NCBI GenBank assembly: GCA_964637175.1
Contig: CAZWTC010000002.1
Span: forward strand, 1 to 29,361
DNA length: 29,361 nucleotides
Direction: 5' to 3'
From: an uncultured Candidatus Peribacteria bacterium
GTDB taxonomy: Bacteria > Patescibacteriota > Gracilibacteria > Absconditabacterales > Absconditicoccaceae
Of the stretch, positions 1 through 11,400 are shown in pieces. Made by a program: the position numbers and the translations under genes. Below the pieces are notes generated by a model. That model did not search any database. It worked only from the letters and a program-made list of their open reading frames with translations, and was not told the origin of the DNA. The number at the start of each line of letters is the position of its first letter. Positions within the stretch are counted from its first letter, which is position 1.

Positions 1-2
1 CA

Positions 3-2996
3 TATTCTCAAAAAGCGACCGTCATGAAATTCAATGGCACATCTTGGGAAGATGTAGGTTCTCCTGGATTCTCTTCTGGCAATGTTAATGACATCTCTCT
101 CGCTCTTGATTGATCAGGCACTCCTTACATCGCTTATCAAGATAACGCATATTCTCAAAAAGCGACCGTCATGAAATTCAATGGCACATCTTGGGAAGAT
201 GTCGGGTCTCCTGGATTCTCTAGCGGATCAATAGAATATACATCACTCTTTGTCTATAATGGAATACCATATGTCGCTTATGCTGATTATTCTGATATAG
301 GACAAGCTACCGTCATGAAATTCAATGGCACATCTTGGGAAGCTGTCGGCTCTCCTAAATTTTCTTATGATTCTGCACATTATCCATCACTTTTTGTCTA
401 TAGCGGAACGCCATATATCGCTTTTGCTGATTACTATTCCGGCAACGGACAAGCAACGGTCATGAAATACCGACCTGATGTAGAAGGTAGTTCAATCTAT
501 CAATGGTATAGAAACAATACAGCTATTACCGGCGCCACAGGATTGACCTATACCATTGTAACTGGCGATGAAGGAACAACATTACAGTTTGAAGTAACTC
601 CTATTTCGTCAGGTTGAATAACGTGAGTTTCTGCATCTACCGCTATAACGATACCAGTACCCATTGCATCAGCAGTCATTATCTTAGGCACACCTACTAT
701 CAATAGGACATTGACAGGAAGTTATACATATACTGATGCAACAAGTCGTGATCCGGAAGGCATTTCAACATATCAATGGTATAGAAACAATATAGCGATT
801 ACCGGCGCTACAGGATTGACCTATATTATCACTACATGAGATAATGGTGCGACATTAAAATTTGAAGTTACGCCGATATCCGTGTCAAAAACCCAATGAA
901 TCAGTAAACAGAGCAATTGACTGGTAATCAATTCATTTCCTTTGGCAACGGATGTAATGATAACCGGAATATTGAATATTGGTGAAACATTGACCGGTAG
1001 TTACACATATTCTGATAATGACATCAATTGGGGTACTGTCGGTATTCAAAAATTTTCAACAGGACAAGCGACTTATATCTCTCTCTTTGTATATGATGAA
1101 GTCCCCTATATCGCTTATTCGGATTCTTACGTAGGATCTGGAAAAGCAATAGCCATGAAATTCAATGGCACAAATTGGGAATCTGTCTGATCTCCTGGAT
1201 TTTCATCGTGACAAGTAACTAATACCTCACTCTTTGTCTATAGCGGAACACCCTATGTCGCTTTTGCTGACAGTTCTACCAAACCTTTTGGTTTAGCATC
1301 TGTCATGAAGTTCAATGGTTCGAATCGGGAATATGTTGACTCTCAAAGATTTTCAAGCGGACAAACCAATTATGATTCGCTCTTTATCTATAACAACACT
1401 CCATATCTCGCTTATCAAGATATTGAAAATTCCTGGAAAGCCACGGTCATGAAATTCAATGGCACAAATTGGGAACCTGTAGGTTCTCTATGATTTTCAA
1501 GTGGATGAGCTACTTATACCTCACTTTTCGTATATAACGAAACTCCGTATGTCGCTTATTCGGATTATTATGCTGGCACTGGTCAAGCGACCGTCATGAA
1601 ATTCAATGGCACATGATGGGAACCTGTCGGCTCTCCTAAATTCTCAAGCGGACAAGCAAATGACACTTCACTTTTTGTCTGGAGCTGAGCGATTTATCTT
1701 GCTTATCAGGATCGATCTGAAGGCGGTAGGGCGACCGTCATGAAATTCAACGGCACATGATGGGAACCTGTCGGCTCTCCTGGATTTTCAAATGGAGCAG
1801 CTCGTTATACTTCTCTCTTTGTCTATAGCGGAACGCCATATATCGCCTTTTCTGATTATTATGATATCGGACAAATAACCGTCATGAAATTCAATGGAAC
1901 GGATTGGGTGAATGTCTGATCTTCAAGATTTTCTAGCGGACAAGGAGATTATCCATCACTTTTTGTATATAATGGAACTCCGTATGTCGCTTATACTGAT
2001 AGATCTGATATCGGACAGGCAACAGCGATGAAAACTGTCCTTAGCGATCATGAAGGTGTATCCACCTATCAGTGGTATAGAAACCATGTAGCGATTACCG
2101 GCGCTACAGGATTGACGTATACGCTTGTAACTGGAGATGAAGGAGCAACAATCACTTTTGAAGTGACACCAATCGCTTTGTTATGATCATCTCCTGGTAT
2201 CGCTGTACAAAGCGCAGAATCAATACTGCATGGACCTTCTCATGCAAGTTGCGGAAACTCCGTAGTAGAGTCACCAGAAACCTGTGATGAATGATGATTA
2301 AACGGTCAAGCAGGACATTGTAATCTTACGTGTAATGGTATTGTTGCCCAGCCTGGCGGTTGAGTCAGCATTATCCCTAAAGATATCTGTACGCCTGACA
2401 GAGATTGTTCATCCAGCTATTATGATCATATCTGCGGTCCTTGTCCTTCTACCGGCAACGTACACAATGCTGCCAATTCATGTACTGCATATTCTGATGA
2501 ATTGAATAGTGCATATGCGTTCGCCTATGATAACGGGATTACTACGATAAAAAATTGCGTCACTGCCAATTTGGATGGTACGCTCATAAGATCAGATCTT
2601 GCTAAAATGGTTTCTCAATTTGTCATAAAAGTCCTGAAAAAGAAACCCGACACAAAAAAAACGGTCTGTACATTTCCAGATATGGAAACCAAATCCAAAG
2701 AAATGCAATTTTATGCTACGATAGCATGCCAATTAGGATTGATGGGATTAGAAACTGATGGAGTCACTCCCAAAACGAGCTTTGATCCAAACGATATAGT
2801 GGATAGAGCACAATTTGGTACGATTCTCTCCAGAATACTGCGATGAACAACATATGCATGAGAATCACCATTCTATGCAAAACATCTACATGCATTAAAA
2901 AAGAACGCTATCATGAATGGTATCACTCAACCATTCGATCCTGAGATGAGAGGACGAGTCATGCTCATGCTCCAGAGAAGCGCAGAGAAAAAGTAA
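3..2996 (+). CDS. Large modular surface protein, 5'-partial: ~49-aa beta-propeller-type repeats, Ig-like domains, Cys-rich repeat and SLH-like C-terminal domain
   Basis: One open frame when TGA=Gly; it joins ORFs 171, 942, 1305 and 2502 and stops at TAA 2994-2996. It contains repeats 'ATVMKFNGTxWExVGSPxFSxG..SLFVYxGTPYxAY', Ig-like 'YQWYRN..AITGATGLTY..FEVTP', 'CGNSVVESPETCDEG..CNLTC' and a C-terminal 'RAQFGTILSRILWG...MRGWVMLMLQR'. Confidence 0.85.
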
Positions 2997-3035
2997 AAGT
3001 ATTCAACTTTATTATTTAATCACAATTATAATCAC

Positions 3036-3060
3036 AAAGCTCGCGAAAGCGAGTTTTTTT
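3036..3060 (+). terminator. Intrinsic terminator
   Basis: CTCGC-GAAA-GCGAG hairpin followed by T7, 40 nt after the stop codon. Confidence 0.85.
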
Positions 3061-3077
3061 ACTATTTGTTTGCATAA

Positions 3078-3321
3078 AAAAAGTCCTTGGAAATTTGTAC
3101 ATAATCCTCCAAAAGCATGGTTCATGATTTTATATTATCCTTCAAAAATAAATATTTTTGATTGAATAATATATAGTTGCCAAAACGAATAAATATTCGA
3201 TTGGCAAACTATGGTTGAATTATGGATATTTCGAACACCAAAATTTTGTAAAAGTTTTGGATGAGAGAATTATACCAATAGTTGGTATAAATTAGACCTT
3301 TAAAAAGTCCTTGGAAATTTG
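3078..3321. repeat. 20-bp direct repeat (AAAAAGTCCTTGGAAATTTG at 3078-3097 and 3302-3321) enclosing four hairpins
   Basis: The two copies are identical; stems at 3131-3173, 3173-3212, 3238-3260 and 3270-3290. Confidence 0.75.
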
Positions 3322-3347
3322 ACAAAAATCGCATTTCCGGGTATAAT
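3319..3347 (+). promoter_or_regulatory. Sigma70 promoter for the CHAP gene
   Basis: Perfect TTGACA (3319-3324), 17-nt spacer, TATAAT (3342-3347). Confidence 0.8.
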
Positions 3348-3420
3348 TAAGTAAGGATCACCTACTGCAATGATCCCATGTCAAAATGAAACATTTCAAC
3401 ACTTTACATTTCGACGTTTC

Positions 3421-4695
3421 ATGAAAAGAAAAAAGAAGGAATTATCGCTTCATCAGAGGATTCATGCTCATCTGAGCAAACATTTCCACAGACATATCCA
3501 TAAGGTATTGCATGTCACTAATTTTGTGCATCACCAGCTTTTTCATGGTTTGGAATTATTCGTCATACTAGCGATAACTATCTCTTCATGATCATTATTG
3601 TTCGCTAATCTTACCGGACTCAATCAAGACCTTTATACAAACAACGCTACTGAAACTGCAGAACACCTTCTCAGCGCTATGCAGAATCCGACTAAATCTC
3701 TCAAGCAATGAAATATCATCTCTATCCGGACCATGGATATGGATATAGAGCATTCTTTTGCCAAATGATATTGCACCTACGGAGCAGCAAGAGTTTCTCC
3801 TGAGTTTTTCCCTTTCATCGATGAAAAAACCCAACAAAGAACCTGGTGAGGAAACGCAGTCGATCGATGTAAAAATGCATCAGATACCTGATATAAAATT
3901 TGATCAGTTCCAAGTCAATGAGCATTGATCGTGTATGATGCCTGAGGAAGATTCGGAAGTTATGGTCATGTAGGAAAGGTCCTTCATTATGACAAGACGC
4001 TCAAGAAAATCATCGTCAGAGATATGGCGCGAGTAGGAAGAGGTCAAATGTCTGATCGCCGGGATGATCTCACGACCGCTCAAGTAAAATGTTATATCTA
4101 TAATAGCAAAACGAATACTCCTGATGATACGACACACACAAATACCGATATCCCTGCACAAACAAATACATGAGCGACAACGGGCATAACAATAATCAAC
4201 ACCACAACAACCCAGACAACCACTTCACCGACAAATTCAACTGCTACTACGACACATAATTCAGCATCTACAACGACCTCAACGACTACGCCGGTGGTTA
4301 CGACAACAACAACCACTGCCCTTTTGCAATCTCCAATCAATAAAAAACTATCGCTTACGCTTGATGATCTCAGCGACATCGCAGAGCATTTCATAACACA
4401 AAATAATCTTGTTTTCACCCTTATTTCCAAGACTCCGCTCAAACTCTGAGAAACAGCTACATTGACCTTAGAGATCAAAGATAAAAATACTGGAGAACCA
4501 TTTTCCGGTCTGCTTCCCTTTTCATTTACCATCCTTTCAACGAATGATACGCTTCAACCAAGCATTTCAAATATCCAGCTCATCAATAACGGATCAGTCG
4601 ATGTCGCTATCCTAGCCCAAAAAACCTGAACAGCGACTATCGTCATCAGCATGGATGGTTCAAAAATCGGCGAACTTACTCTAGAAGCTAAATAG
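3421..4695 (+). CDS. Membrane-anchored CHAP-domain peptidoglycan hydrolase with a His-rich N-terminus, Thr-rich linker and C-terminal beta-rich (Ig-like) domain
   Basis: Recoded translation gives 'FAKGYCTYGAA' (catalytic Cys), 'WGGNAVDW' and 'SYGHVGKV' (catalytic His); stop TAG 4693-4695. An alternative start at 3370 is possible. Confidence 0.85.
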
Positions 4696-4713
4696 CTGTT
4701 TTGTTTTTTTTAC

Positions 4714-4746
4714 AAAAAAACCTCTGGTTGCTTCAGAGGTTTTTTT
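4714..4746. terminator. Bidirectional intrinsic terminator between the convergent CHAP gene and recA
   Basis: A7-CCTCTG-loop-CAGAGG-T7. Confidence 0.85.
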
Positions 4747-4776
4747 ATGATATTGATATTTATATGGTAATGGTTG

Positions 4777-5865
4777 CTAAGCTGTTTCTTGCGCTGCCTC
4801 AGCTATCGCTTCAGCTGCGTCTTCTTCTATCTCGGCTTCTATAGCTACGAGAGCTTCATCATCGAGGACTTTTTTTCCCATTCTCATCTCTTTGATCTTA
4901 TTCTGGATATCTTTTTCTAAGCTATTTCTTATCTTTTCATCGCTATCCAAAGCTGCTACGAATTTCTCTTTTCCTTGGAACTTCTGCTTACCGAACGTAT
5001 AGAATGCTCATGATTTGTCTACTAATTTGAGTACGCTTGCTGCTTCCACGATATCTGCAGTCTTATCATATCCGACACCCCGTTTCACTGGCAATTCAGC
5101 TGTTTTGAACGGTGCGGAAATCTTATTCTTTGCTATTTTGATCTTTGCTAAGTAACCGATCTGCTCTTTGTCTACAAGAAGCTTATCTCCTCTGCGGATT
5201 TCCACTCTCTGCGACGCAAAGAATTTGAGCGCATTTCCTCCCGGAGTGGTTTCCGGATTACCGAACATCACACCGATTTTCATACGGATCTGATTGATGA
5301 ATACGCAGGTCGTACCTGTCTTTGCAAGCACTCCTGATAATTTTCTGAGTCCCTGAGACATCATCCTCGCTTGAAGTCACATATACGAATCGCCCATATC
5401 TCCTTCCACTTCAGCTCTTGGAACCAAAGCAGCTACCGAATCAATGACAATCAATCTGACAGCTCATGTCTTGGCTAATTCTTCAGCAATCTGCAATGCT
5501 TGCTCTCCGTAATCCGGTTGTGAGAGCAAAAGATTATCAACATCAACTCATAGCTTTCTCGCATAATGCGGATCAAGCGCGTGCTCTGCATCAATGAATG
5601 CACAAGTCTCGCCTCTTTTTTGGATTTCCGCTATCGCATGAAGCGCGATTGTCGTTTTCCCGCTCGATTCTGGTCCATAGATTTCTACGACCCTCCCTTC
5701 AGGATATCATCATCCCAAGATAAGATCAAGCACATACGATCAGCTGTGGAATGTACTTACAAGACCTACATTTGCATTATCCCCCATCCTCATGATGGCA
5801 CCTTTTCCAAATTGCTTTTCAATACTCTTGAAAGCTTCTTGCAATTCTTGTTTCTTTGTTGTCAT
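4777..5865 (-). CDS. recA: Recombinase RecA (362 aa)
   Basis: '[14 protein letters not shown]', Walker A '[12 protein letters not shown]', '[15 protein letters not shown]' and '[27 protein letters not shown]'; intact with TGA=Gly. Confidence 0.98.
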
Positions 5866-6083
5866 ACTATGTTGCTATAAGATTATAAAACAAATTTTCA
5901 AACATTCAAACACATAATGTAGTATAATGGAAGCCTCAGAATGATTACATTGAGTTACGATAACAATCGTATACGACAAGCTAATCTTTTTCGAGTCCTT
6001 TCTCATCAACGAAATCAATTTTACATAATTTTTTTGGAAAATCAAGAGATTTTTATCGTATGCTAACCTATACTTTTTCTATG

Positions 6084-6145
6084 TGTCAAAAATAGCATTG
6101 ATTTTGTCAAAAATGATTTGACATTGTCAATCGGAAGATTATAAT
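6084..6145 (+). promoter_or_regulatory. Promoter overlapped by TGTCAA/TTGACA palindromes (candidate repressor operator)
   Basis: TTGACA 6118-6123, 16-nt spacer, TATAAT 6140-6145; palindromes TGTCAAA-N5-TTTGACA (6105-6123) and TTGACA-T-TGTCAA (6118-6130). Confidence 0.55.
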
Positions 6146-6220
6146 TCAAATTATGAATATTAAAATATTATGAAAATTAAAAGATTATTACGTAGGTATT
6201 TAGTAGATAAAGTATGTGAA

Positions 6221-6610
6221 ATGAAATTTACACAATTCGAAGACATGGAAATTTGGAAAGATGCGATACAGCTTACAACGCTTATTTATCAAGTCACCAA
6301 TCATGGAAAATTTAAAAAAGATTTTTGACTTAGAGATCAAATAAGAAGAGCTGCAAATTCTGTTAGTAGTAATATCGTAGAAGGATTCGAAAGACAGAAT
6401 AACAATGAATTTATTAGATTTTTGAAAATAGCAAAATGAAGTTGTGGTGAAGTAAGAAATCAAACATACATTGCTTTAAACGTTTGATATATAGAACAAT
6501 CAAACTTTGAAAAATTCAAAAATACTTCTCTTATATTATCCAAGAAGCTCTCCTGATTTATTAAATACCTCGAAAATAACAGAAAGCAATGAAACTTCAC
6601 AACAAAATAG
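6221..6610 (+). CDS. Four-helix-bundle protein (23S rRNA intervening-sequence protein family)
   Basis: '[59 protein letters not shown]'; missed by the ORF track because of TGA codons. Confidence 0.92.
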
Positions 6611-6659
6611 CAAAATCTTTTAATCTTATTAATCTTTTAATCTTTTAATTACTAGTATC

Positions 6660-7274
6660 ATGAAAGAATTGGATAACATCCAAAAAGCGTTAATTGCTTT
6701 TTTCAAAAAAAACACTAACCAAGAAGGAATAACGCTGAGGGAGATAGCTCATAATATCGGAGCGAGTCATCCGCAGACGGTGTTGAATAAATTGAATCAA
6801 TTGGTATTGAAGTGATATTTCGTAAAGGACGACCAAGGATATAGATTGATCAGAGAAAGCATCACGGACAATCTCAATGACATCGTTCAGCTTCCCATCT
6901 ATTGATTCGCTCAATGGGGAAATAAAGGAAAATCTGTAGTGAATGAATATTCCCAAGAGAAGATACCTGCGACCATAGCGATGCTGGGCGTCAAAGATGT
7001 CAGCCAATGTTTTTTTGTCAGAGCGAAGGGGAACAGCATGGAGCCGAAGATACAAGACGGCGATTTGGTCTTGATCAAACAGCAGCCAAGCTATGAAGTG
7101 AATGATTATGTTTTCGTCGTGCACAATGATCTCCCGAAATTAAAGAAAATCATCAAACAAGACGGAAAACGGTTCTTGGAATCTGTGAATAGGTTTTTTG
7201 ATAATGTAGAAATTAGCAAGTATGACGAGACCAAAGTCATCGGAGTCGTCAAGAAGATCATCAAAGACGTGTAA
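6660..7274 (+). CDS. LexA-family repressor (winged HTH plus S24 peptidase)
   Basis: N-terminal 'ITLREIAHNIGASHPQTVLNKLNQLVLKGY', 'LPIYG', catalytic 'RAKGNSMEPKIQDGDLVLI' and 'KLKK'; divergent from recA. Confidence 0.85.
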
Positions 7275-7276
7275 AT

Positions 7277-7325
7277 GAATTCAGAATGCAGAATGCAGAA
7301 TGCAGAATGCAGAATATAGAATTCA
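7277..7325. repeat. Heptamer tandem array (GAATGCA-like, 7 units)
   Basis: gaattca-(gaatgca)4-gaatata-gaattca fills the gap between two convergent genes. Confidence 0.9.
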
Positions 7326-7333
7326 GATTTTTA

Positions 7334-8395
7334 TTAAGCGGCTAATTTATCATACTTTTCAAAATCATCATAATTTATGTGAGCGACATAGAGCTCTGAT
7401 TTATGATCAGTACCGGTCAATTGTTTCGTTATGTCTATCTCGCTTTCTGTCACTCCTTGAGATCAATTGGATTCTACAACGTTGACGATTCCTTTATCAA
7501 CATCTATGCTTTTTATGAAAGCGACATGATGGATACGATAGTTTATTCCGTCTTTTTCTAAAGACGGTATTTTTCAGGTGCTTCGATGATAGTCTGGATT
7601 CGTGCTATTCCAGAATACGATATCGCCTTCCTTGATATCAGAGACATCGGTAGCTATGCTATGAGTCTCTTCTTTGATTGCTAATTTTTTGGTATCGAAG
7701 CTTTTGAACATGGATCTGGAATCCCCTCCCGGCATTTTCAATCATGCTTGATTGAGCGTATAATAGATCAATCCTGAGCAATCCAATCCTTTTGTCGGAT
7801 CAGTCTTTCCTCATCGGAGATAATCAATAGGAGCTTTTTTGTCTTGTTCGAGAACCGTTTGCAATGAAGCCAATACTTTTGCTCTGCTGGGTTTGTCATT
7901 GGATTCGATATCGGTTTTCGGAATATTTGTCATAGGAGCCACGGTCGAATCTATCGTAGTAGGATCTACGCCTTCCTTGATCTGCGCCATAAGTTCTTGA
8001 AGTTTTGCTTGGTTATCCTTGTGCTGAAGGATCAATGCTTTCATTTTATTTAAACTGGCTTTATCATATTCCAAAGCTGTTCATCCCGTGAATTTTTCCA
8101 TGAGGTTTTTCTTGAAATTTTTCCCGAAATTCGAGAAGATATTTTTTTTGCCTTCAAGAGCGGTATCGGACGTCAAATAGTCTATGCTGTCCTGTTTGAA
8201 CGGATTGAGATTGATACCAAGCCCTGCTCCTGCAGCAAGCACTCCTCCTTTCTGCTGATCGAGAAAATTGAGATACGCTTCGGCTAGCTCCTGTTTAGTA
8301 TCTTGGATCGTCTCTTGAGTCTCTGGATTCTTTTTGTCTTCAGTGACTTCTGGAATGATTTCTCAAGGCTTATTGATTTCTGTTTCTTCTGACAT
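7334..8395 (-). CDS. NlpC/P60 (C40) family peptidoglycan endopeptidase with a long N-terminal helical region
   Basis: Recoded 'IDYLWGGKTDPTKGLDCSGLIYY', 'KEGDIVFW' and 'IHHVAFI'. Confidence 0.88.
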
Positions 8396-8422
8396 AAAGG
8401 ATACTCAATGATGTAAAAAACA

Positions 8423-11400
8423 TTACGGTCTTTGGATTTCTTGATTCATGATCAAAATATATTTATTACCAATTTCTTTGTTTAAATAGGTGTCGCCTGT
8501 TCAAACATCAATCAGATCATTACCGTTGACCTGTTTTTGTACTTCGTCCCTCATCTTCTTCAATGTAGGTATATCGTCCGTGAAATATTGCGCATCGCCG
8601 AAGAAATTGCCATTGATGTTGAGCAGTCCGTTCTCGAAATATATTCAGTATGTTTTTTCGTTATTTTCATTGAATACGTTCGCGATATCGGCTCCTGTAT
8701 TGTTTATGGGGACTCAGATGACTTCGGTAGCTATCCTGTAAAGGATTGTTTGTAATCTGCTGGATGAAGCATAGAGCTCTTTGCTTGATAATGGTTTGTC
8801 AATCGTTCACGCAAAGAAGTTTCTGACCGTGAAAAAGTTTGGATCGGTAAATCCTGCCGATACCAGAGCGATATCTATTCACTGATCTATTGTCTTGTAT
8901 TTCATATAGGTATCGAAATATTCCATATTTTTTATGATGAGATCATATGCAGGTTCTATGCATTTGCCAGCTGAGTCAAATCAATACTGATCAAGATGTT
9001 GCCTGTATTGGTCCATGTAACGATACATGTACAATATTGTGGGTTTATCTTGAGCATAGAATAGCTCTAATAAGCCGAATTTCTTGGCATCTTGATCCAA
9101 TAACTTTTTGAGCTCTTTCTGTTGTTGCGCAATCTTTTCCGGCTCTCCGAATCTTTCTGGATCAGCAAGTGCGTATTCGGATTCCAATAATAACTGATCC
9201 AATAATTTCATTCATACTCCATTCTGTATCTTGTCTACAGAAACGATTTTTTTGATATCGATCAAGGTATTTCATCATAAGGTATATGTTCAACATTTTT
9301 TCTGGAGATATTCATATTTTATCTGGACGTTCTTTTCTGCAAGATCCTTGGCTTCCCCTATCTGCGCACGAGTGGTCGGAGGCGTCTCTTTCGCTAATGC
9401 ATCCATCAATTCCGTATCATCGACATTCATCCAGACCAATTCGTTCTTTTTCCGTTCTTCTGCGTATAACAAAGCTTTTACCCCTTCAGATCATGTCTTT
9501 GCAGCGAGTTCTTTCATTATCGGCTCCATCATAGGATTGATTCCCATAAACCGATCATTGAAGCCGCGATCTTCTTTTGCTCAACCGAGAATGGTTGTGA
9601 TGACGTGCTGCTTGATCAACAGCGGAGCCGAATATATAAAGTCCTTATAATTCTTGGTGTATTTATCCAAAGTATCAAACATGGATTCCTTGACGAATGC
9701 TGCCACTCCTGTCGCTAGGACAATGACTCATGCTGCAACCCGTCAGACTCATGGGATGAAAGCACATGCGCCTGCAGCAGTAAGTCAAATATCAACAAAT
9801 GACTCCTCCTGCATCAGCATTCATCTTTCTTTATTGGTCTTCATAAGCTTCGATCATTCCTGATATTGCTGGTATGCTAACACTCATCAGAAAATCGCCG
9901 TTCACACTCACAAAGTTATTCAAAGTATTCTGCCTGCATATTTCATGCCTGGGCTTTGGAGAATCTTGCCTATCTTGCCGAGCGTCTCATATCTTTCTAC
10001 ATAACGCATGGTATCGACTATTTTTTTTGTATTGGTCGTCTTTGACAATACCGCAGTGAATTCTTCCGGCACATTATTGATTCACTTGGAAGCTAAAAGC
10101 TCTTTGACTGCTTGGGCTGTTTTTGCATTGCTTAATTCTTTCACGAACGCGTCGTTTTTAAACAAAGGAGAAAGTTTTTTTATCAAACCGATATCTTTGC
10201 TCATGGCAGACAATCGATTTCCTGTTCCTATACGTTCAGATTCTGCGAGCAGGGCAAGATCTTCATTGGATGTTTTGGCGATATCATCGAGTCCATTAGC
10301 AGTAGACTCGACAGAAGCAGGATAAGGTGTCCTTCCTTCTTTGACAAATTTTCTCAACGCCTCCGCAGATTTCTTGAAATTGTTTTTCATAGCGATGATA
10401 CGTTTTTCAAGGAACGTCTTCTCCAAAGATTTTTCAATGATATATGCTGATTCTTTCGATGCGTCCTTTCCGAATGTACGTAATTTTTTTCGCTTCGACA
10501 ACGAATTCGCTACGAACGTTTCTGAAGGATGTGTTGCATAATGACGAAGAAAGAAAGCTTGATAATCTTTGAAATCCTGCAATGATTCAAATTTACGCAT
10601 ATATTTACCAAGGATTTTCCCTATGTTCTGACTTTCTTTCGGCGTCAAATTATTAAACGTTTTGGTAGCAAAAAGCTCTTGATACATTTCAGGCTTCAAT
10701 GACTTCGTGGTTTCCAAAAATCATTTGATGAGTGATGATTTTCCTTGATCCGCACTCTTGGAAAGGAATGTATCAATTTCTACCAATTTGTCGAAATTTC
10801 CTCACTTGCTTATATCAAGTTCTATATCTTTTCTCAAAACTCTATCAACCACAGTATGCTTAATATTTTTCCAATTACTTACATAATCAAATCTTTTCGT
10901 TTTGATTAGCAGATTTCTTATATTTTTATTTGATGCATATTTTTTGAAAATTTCTTTATATTTACTATCTTTTATACCAAATCTATCAAGCAAATCATCA
11001 AGTGAACCAACTGATTTTTCTCATATGTTTTCATAAATAAGCAAAGCTTTTTTTTCAGATATTTCTCCGTGTAAAAATGCATATTTTATCAATCTTTCTT
11101 GCTCTACAGTAGTGAACAAAAACTTAGTTTTTGTTCAAGACTTTAATATAGCCTCTGACCATCAATATCCAGTCAAATATGATCTTCCAAGAGATAAGGT
11201 AATTCATTCTTTTAAAAGTTTTATTGGTACTGCTCAGATTTCCATACAAGATTTACCTCCTACTTGCAAAACGGTTCCTACCATTCATTTACCGAATCCC
11301 TTAGCTACCGTTCATGTAACATACAGTACTCATCCACTAACAAAAGCACCTCATAAACCACGTCCAAGTCTTTCTCGTCGCGAATTGATCTTTCCATATC

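Noticed and set aside
4098..4532. Val-rich minus-strand ORF and other antisense ORFs (5566, 6200, 6690, 9231, 13011, 23336, 27137, 27572, 28784)
   Set aside because: These are shadows of well-supported genes on the opposite strand.
6221..6610. 23S rRNA intervening sequence
   Set aside because: No rRNA sequence flanks the gene.
7277..7325. CRISPR array
   Set aside because: The units are contiguous 7-mers with no spacers, and there are no cas genes in the window.
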